DNA of 64,000 bases from Pristiophorus japonicus (taxonomy: Eukaryota): the NCBI RefSeq assembly GCF_044704955.1, contig NC_091992.1, forward strand, positions 73,966,001-74,030,000. The letters run 5' to 3'. Of the stretch, positions 48,109-59,290 are shown piece by piece; the stretch's first letter is position 1, and each line of letters starts with the position of its first letter. A program made the translations under genes and the position numbers. The notes below the pieces were generated by a model, which did no database searches, was not told the DNA's origin, and saw only the letters and a list, made by a program, of their open reading frames with translations.

Positions 48109-49584
48109 GTAAGAAGTGGCAAGGGGAGCAATGTGTCTCCCTCTGATGCCAAGCATTTTTAATTGACCGTGTTAATGTTTTGCTCATCATTATCCAGTGA
48201 CCCTGCTGGAATGTTCATGTTGGAGGGAATGGAAGACTTTTTTTTTCACTTCAGGCACCCAGTGTCCTCCAGTGTTGTCAGGGTAGGTACAGCACTGGTT
48301 AGATACAGAATAAAGCTCCCTCTACACTGTCCCATCAAACACTCCCAGGGCAGGTGCAGCACGAGTTAGATACAACATCAACTTGCATTTATATAGCACC
48401 TTTTAGTGTAGTAAAATGTCCCAAGGTGCTTCACAGGAGCGTTATCAAACATAATTTGACATCAAGCCACATAAGGAGATATTAGGACAATAGTTTGGTC
48501 AAGAGGTTGGTTGAAGGAGTGCCTTAAAGGAGGAGAGAGGTATAGAAAAGTATAAAATTCTTGGAGGACTTCACAGGGCAGTTGCAGAGAGGCTGTTCAA
48601 CCTGGCTGGAGAGTCTACAGCTAGGGGTCATGGTCTCAATTGGCCATTTAGGACTGAGATGAGGAGAAATTTCTTCACTCGGGATCGTGACTCTTTGAAA
48701 TAATCTACCGTCAAAGGGCTGTGGATGCTCAGTCGATGAGTATATTCAAGATTGAAATCGATTAGATTTTTGGGCACTAAGGGAATCAAGAGATATGGGG
48801 ATTGTTGGGAATGTGGAATTGAGGTTGGAGATCAGTCATGATCTTGTATGGTGGAGCAGGTTCAATGAGCCATATGGCCTACTCCTGTTCCTATTTATTA
48901 TGTTTTGATGAGTGGCAGTAAGGTTTAGGGAGGGAATTCCAGAGCTTTGGGCCTAGGCAGCTAAAGGCACGGCCGCCAGCCAATGGTGGGGTGATTACAA
49001 TCAGGGCTGTGCAGGAGCGCAGATATCTCTGGGCAGGGGGTGGGGGGGAGGTGGTAGTAGGGTGGGCTGGAGGAGATTCGAGATAGGGAGGGGTGAGGTT
49101 GCTGGACCGGGAGTCAATGTAGGTCAGCGAGCACAGGGGTGAGCAGGACTATGTGTGAGTTACGATACGGGTAGCCAAGTTTTGGATGAGCTGAGGTTTA
49201 TGGGAGATCGACCAGGAAAGCATTGGAATAGTCAAGTCTCAAGGTAACAAAGGCATGATTGGGGGATTCAGCAAAGTATGAGCTGAGGCAGGGGTGGAGA
49301 CAGGTGATGTTATGGAGGTGGAAATCTTGGTGATTGGGCAGTTATGTGGTCGAGAGTTCCGCTCAGGGTCAAATAATAAAACTCCCTCTGCACAGTCCCA
49401 TCAAACACTCACGTAGGAACAGGAGAAGGCCATTAAATAACATCACACTCTTATCTACCCTGTTGGTTACCTCCTCAAAAAATTCAACTTGGTTCATTAG
49501 ATCTGACTTTCCCATTACAAATCAATGCTGGCTTTCTCCTGATCAGTTCATTTTGTCCAAATACTCATTCACGCTCTCGTTAAT

Positions 49585-52500
49585 AAGAACATAAGAAATA
49601 GGATCAGGAGTAGGCCATACAGCCCCTCGAGTCTGCTCTGCCATTTAATAAGATCATGGCTATTTCTGTCTTAAATATATTCAATGTCCCAGCTTCCACA
49701 GCTCTCTGAGGCAGCAAATTCCACAGATTAACAACCCTCCGAGAGAAGACATTTCTCCTCATCTGTTTTAAATGGGCGACCCCTTATTCTAAGATCATGC
49801 CCTCTAGTTCTAGTCTCCCCCATCAGTGGAAACATCCTCTCTGCATCCACCCTGTCAAGCCCATTCATAATCTTATACGTTTTGATAAGATCACTTCTCA
49901 TCTGAATTCCAGTGAGTAGAGGCTCAGCCTACACAACCTTTCCTCATAAGTCGACCCCCTCATCCCCGGAATCAACCTAGTGAACCTTCTCTGAACTGCC
50001 TGCAAAGCAATATATCCTTTCGTAAATATGGAAACCAAAACTGCACGCAGTATTCCAGGTGTGGCCTCACCAATATCTTGTATAGTTGTAGCAAGACTGC
50101 CCTGCTTTTATACTCCATCCCCTTTGCAATAAAGGCCAAGATACCATTGGCCTTCCTGATCACTTGCTGTCCCTGCATACTATCCTTTTGTATTTCATGA
50201 ACAAGTACCCCCAGGTCCCACTGTACTGCAGCACTTTGCCATCTTTCTCCATTTGATTTGCTCTTTGATTTATTTTCTGCCAAAGTGCATGACCTCACAC
50301 TTTCCAACATTATACTCCATCTGCCAAATTTTTGCCCACTCACTTGGCCTTTTTATGTCCTTTTGCAGGTTTTTTGTGTCCTCCTCACAAATTGCTTTTC
50401 CTCCCATCTTTGTATCATTAGCAAACTTGGCTAAGTTACACTCAGTCCCTTCTTCCAAGTCGTTAATATAGATTGTAAATAGTTGGGGTCCCAGCACTGA
50501 TCCCTGCGGCACCCCACTAGTTACTGGTTGCCAACCAGAGAATGAACCATTTATCCCGACTCTCTGTTTTCTGTTAGTTAGCCAATCCTCTATCCATGCT
50601 AATATATTGCCCCCAACCCTGTGAACTTTTATCTTGTGCAGTAACCTTTTATGTGGCACCTTGTCAAATGCCATTTGGAAGTCCAAATACACCACATCCA
50701 CTGGTTCCCCTTTATCCATCCTGTTTGTTACATCTTCAAAGAACTCCAGCAAATTTGTGTCTGCCTGACTGAATTTTACTTTTCCAAATGTCCTGCTACT
50801 GCTTCTTTAATAATGGACTCCAACATTTTCCCAAACACACATTAGGCTAACTGGTCTATAGTTTCCTGCTTTTTGTCTGCCTCCTTTTTTAAATAGGGGA
50901 GTTACATTTGCAGTTTTCCAATCTGCTGGGACCTCCCCAGAATCCAGGGAATTTTTGTAAATTACAACCAATACATCCACTATCCCTGCCGCTACTTCTC
51001 AAGACCCTAGGATGCAAGCCATTGGGTCCAGAGGATTTATCTGCCTTTTAGTCCCATTATCTTGCTGAGTACCACCTCCATGTAATAACATACAGTATTC
51101 TAATAACTTCCCCACAACTGAGATTAGACTCAGACCTGTAATTTCCCAGTTTATTTACTACTATTCTTAAATAATGGAGTGACATTGGCAGTTTTCCAAA
51201 CCAAGGGGACAATTGAGAGTTTTCGAAGATCACCAACAATTTCCTTAACTATTTCCTTTAATACGATGGGGTGGATAATTGTCTATCTTGAACATTAGTT
51301 TGTCCATCACCAATTTAAAAAAGCACTTGTATTGGAATCTAGTTAAGATTCTGGTACTTTATCCTGTTCCTCTACTGTGAAGACCGATGCAAAGTAAATA
51401 TTTCGGAAGTCTGCCGTTTCCTGATTTCCAATTACAATATCCCCTGTTGTCTTACGAACATAAGAAATAGAAGCAGAAGTCGGCCTTGAGCCTGCTCCGC
51501 CATTCAATAAGATCGTGGCTGATCTTCTACCTCAACTGCACTATTCCCATAATCCCTCGATTCCCTTAATATCCAAAAATCTGTCTTGAATATTCTCAAC
51601 GACTGAGCCTCCACAGTCCACTGGGGTACAGAATTCCAAAGTTTCACCACCCGCTGAGTGAAGAAACTTAGAATCATACAAGTTTACAGCACGGAAGGAG
51701 GCCATTTCGGCCCATCGTGTCCATGCTGGCCAACAAGAGGCTATCCAGCCTAATCCCACTTCCCAGCTCTAGGTCCGTAGCCCTGCAGGTTATAGCACTT
51801 CAGGTGCACATCCAAGTACTTTTCAAATGTGGTGAGGGTTTCTGCCTCTACCACCCTTTCAGGCAGTGAGTTCCAGACCCCCACCACCCTCTGGGTGAAG
51901 AAATGTCCCCTCAAATCCCCTCTTAAACCTTCTAACAATTACTTTAAATTGTTGACCCCTCTGCTAAGGGAAATAGGCCTTTTCTATCCACTATATCTAG
52001 GCCCCTCATCATTTATACAGCTACATGAGGTCTCCCCACAGCCTCCTCTGTTCCAAGGAAAACTAATTCAGCCTATTCAATATGTCCTCGTAGCTAAGAT
52101 TCTCCACTCCCGGCAACATCCTCATAAATCTCCTCTTTACCCTGTGACAAATTTGCTGGTGTTCTTTGAGCATGTAACGAGCAGGGTGGATAAGGGGGAA
52201 CCAGTGGATGTGGTGTATGTATTTGGATTTCCAGAAGGCATTTGATAAGGTGCCACATAAAAGGTTACTGCACAAGATAAAAGCTCAAAGGGTTGGGAGT
52301 AATATATTAGCATGGATAGAGAATTGGCTAACTAACAGAAAACAGAGAGTCGGGATAAATGGGTCATTCTCCGGTTGGCAAACAGTGACTAATGGGGTGC
52401 CGCAGGGATCAGTGCTGGGTCCTCAATTATTTACAATCTATATCAATGACTTGGATGAAGGGACCGAGTGTAATGTAGCCAAGTTTGCTGATGATACAAG

Positions 52501-53380
52501 GATGGGTGGGAAAGCAAATTGTGAGGAGGACACAAAATCTGCAAATGGATAGACAGGCTAAGTGAGTGGGCAAAAATTTGGCAGATGGAGTATAATGTGG
52601 GAAAGTGTGAGGTTATCCACATTGGCAGAAAAAAATAGAAAAACAAATTGCAATTTTTCTCCATTTAAATTGCAAAGTGCTGCAGTACAGAGGGACTTGG
52701 GGTCCTTGTGCTTGAAACACAAAAAGTTAGTATGCAGGTACAGCAAGTAATCAGGCAGGCAAATGGAATGTTGGCCTTTATTGCAAGGGGGATAGGGTAT
52801 AAAAGCAGAGAAGTCCTGCTACAACTGTACAGGGTATTGGTGAGGCCACACCTAGAGTACTGCATACAGTTTTGGTCTCTGTATTTAAGGAGGGATATAC
52901 TTGCATTGGAGGCTGTTCAGAGAAGGTCCACTAGGTTGATTCTGGAGATGAGTGGGTTGACTTGTGAAGGTAGGTTGGGCCTATACTCATTGAAGTTCAG
53001 AAGAATGAGAGGTGATCTTATCGAAACCTATAAGATAATGAGGGGGATCGACAAGGTGGATGCAGAGAGGATATTTCCACTCATAGAGGAAACTAAAACT
53101 AGGGGACGTAGTCTTGGAATAAGGGGCCGCCCATTTAAAACTGATGAGGAGAAATTTCTTCTCGGAGGGTTGTAAATCTATGGAATTCTCTACCCCAGAG
53201 AGTAGTGGAGGCTGGGTCATTGAATATATTTAGGCGGGGATGGACAGAATTTTGAGCGATTTAAGGGAGTAAAGGGTTATGGGGAGCGGGCAGGAAAGTG
53301 GAGCTGATCCATGATCGTATTAAACGGCGGAGCAGGCTCGAGGGACCAGGTGGCCTACTGCTCCTATTTCTTATGTTCTT
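49585..53380. mobile_element. Cluster of CR1 fragments: 49585-51070 (-), 51455-52143 (-), 52144-53380 (+)
   Basis: ORFs 50270-50752, 49972-50343, 52208-52552 and 52708-53175 with RT and C-terminal CR1 motifs. Confidence 0.9.
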
Positions 53381-53471
53381 GCCTACTCATTTAACCTGTC
53401 TATATTCCCTTGAAGCCTCCTCACAACTTACAAAACTAGGTGGGAATGCATCATCAGCAAACTTGGATATG

Positions 53472-55196
53472 CAGGGACAGTGTCAAATCTGGACACTGAT
53501 CTGTGGTGGGGTCGTCCGGAATCCGGAACCCCTGCCTCGGACCACTGCCGACTGTGCCCCCATCTCGGACGGGGTCCAGGGAGCGTCAGCATGCGGCTTC
53601 CCCAGGGAGTGGAGAATGGCCTTGAGCCCAGGGGATTGTATACCCTCCGACCCGCCTGTGGGAGGGGGAAATCCGAGCTTGGGCTCACTCCGGGCACTGG
53701 CATTGAGTGCGCCACTGTCACGGAGGTCAAAGCCCCAGGGTGGGGTGGAAAGCGCTGCAGTCAAAAGGGCAGGACCCTGGGCTTCCCAGGTCAGACTGCT
53801 GCATCCCAGGGACCCGAGGCTAACGGTGGGGTGCTGAACTGTGGAGGTCACAGGCTAACGGCGGGGTGCTGAACCGCAGAGGTCACCGTCTGAGGGCGGA
53901 GCCCGGGACAGCTCGGGCTACTGACCGTAACGGTGGGGAAACCAGAGTGGAACCTGAGAGTGGCGAGTTTGTAGAAGGGAATATGAATGAAGCGTATCAA
54001 ACCTAGAGGGAGCTGCTCTTTGGAGTTTTATAGGAATGTGCAGGCTAGGAGGCTGACCGCTTCAGGGACATGGGGAGTTTCTGTAGATACGGCTCAGAGC
54101 TTCCAGTGGGACGATTTGAGGAGTGGACGGAGTAAACCATGAGCCAAGGTGGGGACACAGCTCACGAACTGGACATGTTGGAGATTTGGGGTTGAAGGAG
54201 TTGGCTGTAAGATTCCCAGAAGGTGTTAGCGCAGGCCACAGACCTCGATGGTCTTGGCATTGATGGGAGGTGGGGACTGGGATGACAACTTTCAGAAGGG
54301 TAATTGAAGAGTACGAAACGAGAGAGAAAGGACCTCCCCCAGCACTTACAACCGAATGTCACTCTTGGAAGTTTTTTTTTAATATATGCCCAGTGAGAGT
54401 AAAAAGGGAATTCAGTGTAACTTTTGAATCTTCGGGTTTTACTTGCTATCAAGGAGACCTCACCCCCGCCTCGGACCTCTGCCTCGGGCAAATGCCCCCC
54501 CCCCCCCACCCCACCATCTCTACCTACCTACCTACCTACCTTTGTGAATGTTTAAAAATGTATAGAGACATTGAAGTTGAGAACGTGGGAATTGTATAGG
54601 GACAGTATAAGCTAACAAAGAATTCATGGAGGAATAGCCATGACATCTCAGACTCGAGACTGCGAAATGTTACAACACTAACACATATTGAAACAAAACC
54701 CACAGCTTGCAGAAAAACCTCAAGGTCTTATTAAATCATGTTATTAACCTGAAACATTAACAGAAGGTCTTTGTTTAAAATCAGACTATACTTGGGTCGA
54801 CTTATGAGTGGACAAAGGGAAAGAGGGATCAAAAGAACTAGGATGTCACTCTAGCCCTATCTTGTTATCTTTTGCCGAAAATGTATAACCGTTGTCCCTT
54901 TACAATGTAATGTCACTTTGTCCGTAGGAAGTGGGTGCGTTCTATCAGAGTTACATTCCTTCTGTCTGATAAGGTCCCCGATCGGGATTTGCTTTTTAAA
55001 TAAAAGCTTGCTTTGTTTAAAGCACAAACGGTATTCGTTTCGGTAATTTTGCTGAACCAGATTGAGGTAAAAGAATCCAGAAATCAACACCTTGGCCCAG
55101 GCGTTTCAGGATTTGGGGTCGGAAAGACGTTCCGAAATAAACAGAATCCGGAACGGCCTTGGTCCTGAGGCTTCTGGATTCATGACGCTGTACCTG
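53472..55196. mobile_element. Tigger/pogo-like (Tc1-mariner superfamily) non-autonomous DNA transposon inserted at TA in a CR1
   Basis: TIRs CAGGGACAGTGTCA / TGACGCTGTACCTG (12/14); TA on the right, TG on the left; host CR1 reads GCAAACTTGGATA|TA|TTACATTTGGTCCC when rejoined; subterminal ATCCGGAA motifs at both ends. Confidence 0.65.
54543..55089 (+). mobile_element. Solo LTR (547 bp)
   Basis: TGTGAA...TCAACA termini; 4-bp duplication CCTT (54539-54542, 55090-55093); internal TATAA (~54883) and AATAAA (~54999). Confidence 0.72.
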
Positions 55197-58100
55197 TATT
55201 ACATTTGGTCCCCTCATCTAAATCATTGATATAGATTGTGTATAATTGAGGCCCCAGCACTGATCCCTGTGGCACCCTGCTAGTTACAGTCTGCCAACCC
55301 GAAAGTGACCTGTTTATTCCTGCTCTCTGTTTTCTCTCCGTTGACCAATCCTCAATCTATGCTGGTATATTGCCCCCAATCCCATGAGCCCTAATTTTGT
55401 TTAATAATCCTTTTATGTGGCACTTTATCGACTGCCTTCTGAAAATCCAAATACACCACATCCCCCTTATCTATTCTGCTAGTTATAACCTCAAAAATCT
55501 CAACATGATTTCCCTTTCATAAATCCATGCTGACTCTGACCAATCCTATCATTATTTTCTAAGTGGCCTGTTACCACACCCTCGATAATCGATTCTAGCA
55601 TTTTCCCTACTATTGATGTCAGGAGTTAAAAAGAAAAACTTGGAGTTTTATTTGATGAGCCTAGATAGCTCAGTTGGTAGAGCTTTAAGTGAGTCTTTAA
55701 GCGACCCACATTACTCTTAGCCACCCTCATTCTTGTAATATATTTGTAAAAACCTTTACTGTTGCCCTTGATATCCCTCGCTAGTTTTTTCTCCTTCTCC
55801 TTTTGGCAGCTTTTGCCACTTTAGAAACAAACATAGAAAACAGGAGCAGTAGTAGGCCATTTGGCCCTTTGAGCCTGCACCGCCATTCAGTATGATCATG
55901 GCTGATCCTCTACCTCAACACCATATTCCCGCTTTTTCCCCATGCCCCTTGATGCCTTTTGTGTCTAGAAATCTATCTCTCTGAATTCCTCTGCTGCTCC
56001 ATATCTCCCCCAATCTGTGGGATCTCTCCTGTTCTTTGTCTTTGTATAAGCGCTTTCTTTTAGTTTTATACAATCTCTCATTCTCTTGTTGAAAATACGA
56101 AATAGGAGTAGGCCATACATCCCCTTGAGCCTGCTCCGCCATTCAATAAGATCATGGCTGATCTGCTCATGGCCTCAACTCCACTTCCCTGCCCACCCCC
56201 CATAACCCCTTATTCCCTTATCGCTCAAAAATCTGTCTATCTCCGCCTTAAATATATTCAATAACCCAGCCTCCACAGCTCTCTCTGGGACAGAGAATTC
56301 CACAGATTCACCACCCTCTGAGAAGAAATTCCTCCTCATCTGTTTTAAATGGGTGATCCCTTATTCTGAAACTATGCCCCCTAGTTCTAGATTCCCCCAC
56401 AACGAGGGGAAACATCCTCTCTGCATCTACCCTGTCAAGCCCCCTCAGAATCTTATACGTTTCACCTCTCATTCTTCTAAATGAGTATAGGCCCAACCTG
56501 CTCAACCATTCTTCATAGACCAAGGTTGTTTAATTACACAAGTGGATTTCTCTTCCCTTTAGGGCTATGTACAGGACTTGTATTTTACCAAATGCGTTTA
56601 TGAACACCTCCCTCCGTTATCCGTAAAGCGCTCTGCCCAGTCTGTTGTGGTCAATTCCTGAGCCAGCTTGACCTAAATTTAAAACTTTGGGTTATGACTC
56701 ATCCTTCTCCCTCTGGAAGCAAACCCTTTCATGTTCTGGTCACTGTTAGCTCGGTGTTCCCTTACCGTTAGATAGTTGACTAATTCAGTCTCATCATTTA
56801 CTCATCACTGTGTCTAAGTGGACTGTTTGCTTTTAGTTCACAGATTGTTCAAGAGATTTCTCTTGAAATTTGCTGCTTTTGGGATTCTGTTTTGCTTCCC
56901 CCAGTCTATGAAAGTTAAAGTCCCTTGTTGTATCTACTCTGTCTTTTGAAACAAGCTCCTCTGATCTCTGCATTTATGTATTCCTCTACTTTATCACTGC
57001 TATCTGGAGGTCTGTAGACAACTCCCACCGAAGTCTTGCATCCTTTTCTATTCCTCAATTCCACCCATGACTTTTCTACTGCTTGTTCAGCCTTCCCGAA
57101 ATCCCCTCTTGCTAATGCAGCAATGGTGTTCCTTGTCAATAATGTTAGTCCTCCTCCCAGGGGAGATACAGCAGCTGACATTCCAGGAAATTACTGATTG
57201 AGCGCTGCACTGTTCAAGGTGCTGTAACTCAGATGGGATGTTGAACTGGGGCCCCGTCTGCTGCCTTGGGTGGGTGTAAAGCCCATGCACAGCGGTAGGT
57301 TTTGGCAATTGCAGTAAATGTAAATTGGTTCTTGACGATCAGCAGCACATCAGTCGTCGCAACCATAGTGCGAATTTAATTGCAGGCTTCCCAAATCTCC
57401 GTCTTAGCTGGCTTTCACGTTAACCGTGTCATGTCCGACACCCCGAATCACAGGCCGTTCAGTGACCCTATGGTGGGCCTCTAGTCTGGAAGCAGTCACC
57501 TGTAACTTGGGCACAATAGTTGGTTGTGTAGCAGGCTGAATGGACTAGGTCCATCAGTCAGCACCTTCCGTCACTTGTCTTAATTTAGCACAGACTGCCT
57601 CCTAGCTACTAGGAATCCATTTCGGGTCAGGTAACCAATCGAAGGCCAATTTGGTTACATAGACCCCTTTGTCACATGGCAATGTCCTGGAGTGTCAAAA
57701 CTGTTCGATGTATGGCAACCGTAGCCAGATAGCGTCAACCACCCATCAATAACTTAGACAATAGGTCTCGGCACCGCATGATGCCTTCAGTCTCACAGCC
57801 GTCTACTTCCTAGTTTCTCCTCAAGGCCGAGTGCCAAAGGAGGAGCGGCTCCTGTATGTCGGAACATAACAGGAGGAGGTCGTTCAGTCCCTCGAGCCTA
57901 TTCTGCCTTTCAGTTAGATCATGGCTGGTCTGTACCTCCACTTCACTTACCTGTCCTTGCTCCATATCCTTTGATGCCCTTACCCAACAAAATCTGTTGA
58001 TCTCTATCTCAATTTCCAACTGAACCCCAGCATCTAGAGACTTTTGGGAGATAGTTCCAGATTGCCACTACCCTTTGTGTGGAACAAGTGCTTCCTGGTT

Positions 58101-59290
58101 TCGTCCTTGAACAGCCTGGCTCTAATTTTAAGGTCATGCCCTCTTGTTCTGAATTCCCCACCAGAGGAAATAATTTCTCTGCATTGACCCTATCAAATTC
58201 CTTTCTTGTATTTTAAAAGCCTTGATCAGATTACCCTTCGACCTTCTAAACTCAAGGGAATATAAGCCAAGTTTATTTAACCCTTTTAGCCCCGGTATCA
58301 TTCTGGTGAATCCGTGCTGCACCCCCTCTAAGGCCAATATATCCTTCCTGAGCTGCCTTGCTCAAAGCTGAATGCAGTGCTCCAGTTGGGATCTGACCTT
58401 GTCTGAATGCTAAAATCACAAAGGGAAAAAATTAACCCCTTTGGTGAGACTATTAGCAATAAACCCTTTTTGGTGGAGCTGGAAAGATAATAAAACAAGG
58501 CCAGCTCAGATATAGGCCTAGACTTTCCGATCAAGGATATTTTGACGTGGGTGATGCAGATCGGGGCGAAGGAGCGGTGAGAAATTGCAGAGGGACGTGA
58601 TCAGGGCCCAGCTGAGCCGAGGGCCCAGGGGCAGCACGAGCCAGCCCACACTGTGATGTGTGTGCGCACTAGGTCTGTGCAGCAGAGCAGGTCTCCAGTT
58701 GTCCTGGTTAACCCTTGCCACTGGACCAAGACCTAGCTCTGTCAAGCCTATGTGGTGGCTGGTGTGCACCGGTCACCCCACGTTTTTAAAAAAAAAAAAA
58801 AAAAATCCACGCACAGGCATCTTCCACCCTTCAACATGTAGTTTGGGATCTGGAATAATAGGTCCTTCATTGAAACACCTGTGAACTCATCCTTTTTTGG
58901 TGTCGGAAGCAAGTCATCCTCGATACGAGGGACTGCCTAAGAAGACGACAACAACATTCCCATTTTATTGCAGTGCACAAGTCTGACATTGTGTGTGCGT
59001 GTCCCTTATCGTTCAAAAATCTGTCTCTATCTTCAATATATTCAATGATCCACCCTCCATAAGCTCTCTGGGGTAGAGAATTCCAAAGATTCACCACCCT
59101 CTGAGATGGGCGACCCCTTATTTTGAAACTCTGTCCCCTAGTTCTACATTTCCCCCATGAGGGGAAACATTCTCTCTGCATCTACCCTGTCGAGCCCCCT
59201 CAGAATCTTGTATAAGGTCTTCAATAAGATCATATCTCATTCTTCTAAACTCCAATGAGTATAGGCCCAACCAGCTCAACCATTCTTCAG
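55197..59290 (-). mobile_element. Patchwork of CR1 fragments (55197-55620, 55825-55975, 56095-56520, 56560-57160, 57862-58400, 59000-59290)
   Basis: ORFs 56308-56523, 56915-57181 (WVELRN..GVVYRPP), 58134-58337, 59118-59303. Confidence 0.8.
57589..57612 (+). CDS. WBP2: Candidate WBP2 terminal exon (HRLPPSY*)
   Basis: Pyrimidine-rich acceptor CCTTCCGTCACTTGTCTTAATTTAG|, phase 0, encodes a PPxY motif then stop; very short and may be a chance match. Confidence 0.25.
   Translation, partial: HRLPPSY

Noticed and set aside
48109-48302. WBP2 ending by exon-7 read-through (VRSGKGSNVSPSDAKHF*) or via the acceptor at 48254 (APSVLQCCQGRYSTG*)
   Set aside because: No similarity to the WBP2 C-terminus; exon 7 has a good donor at the conserved position, and the second option runs into a 67-bp repeat.
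56563-56661. Acceptor-like TCTCTTCCCTTTAG plus a short ORF as WBP2 exon 8
   Set aside because: Lies within an antisense CR1 remnant and lacks a PPxY motif.
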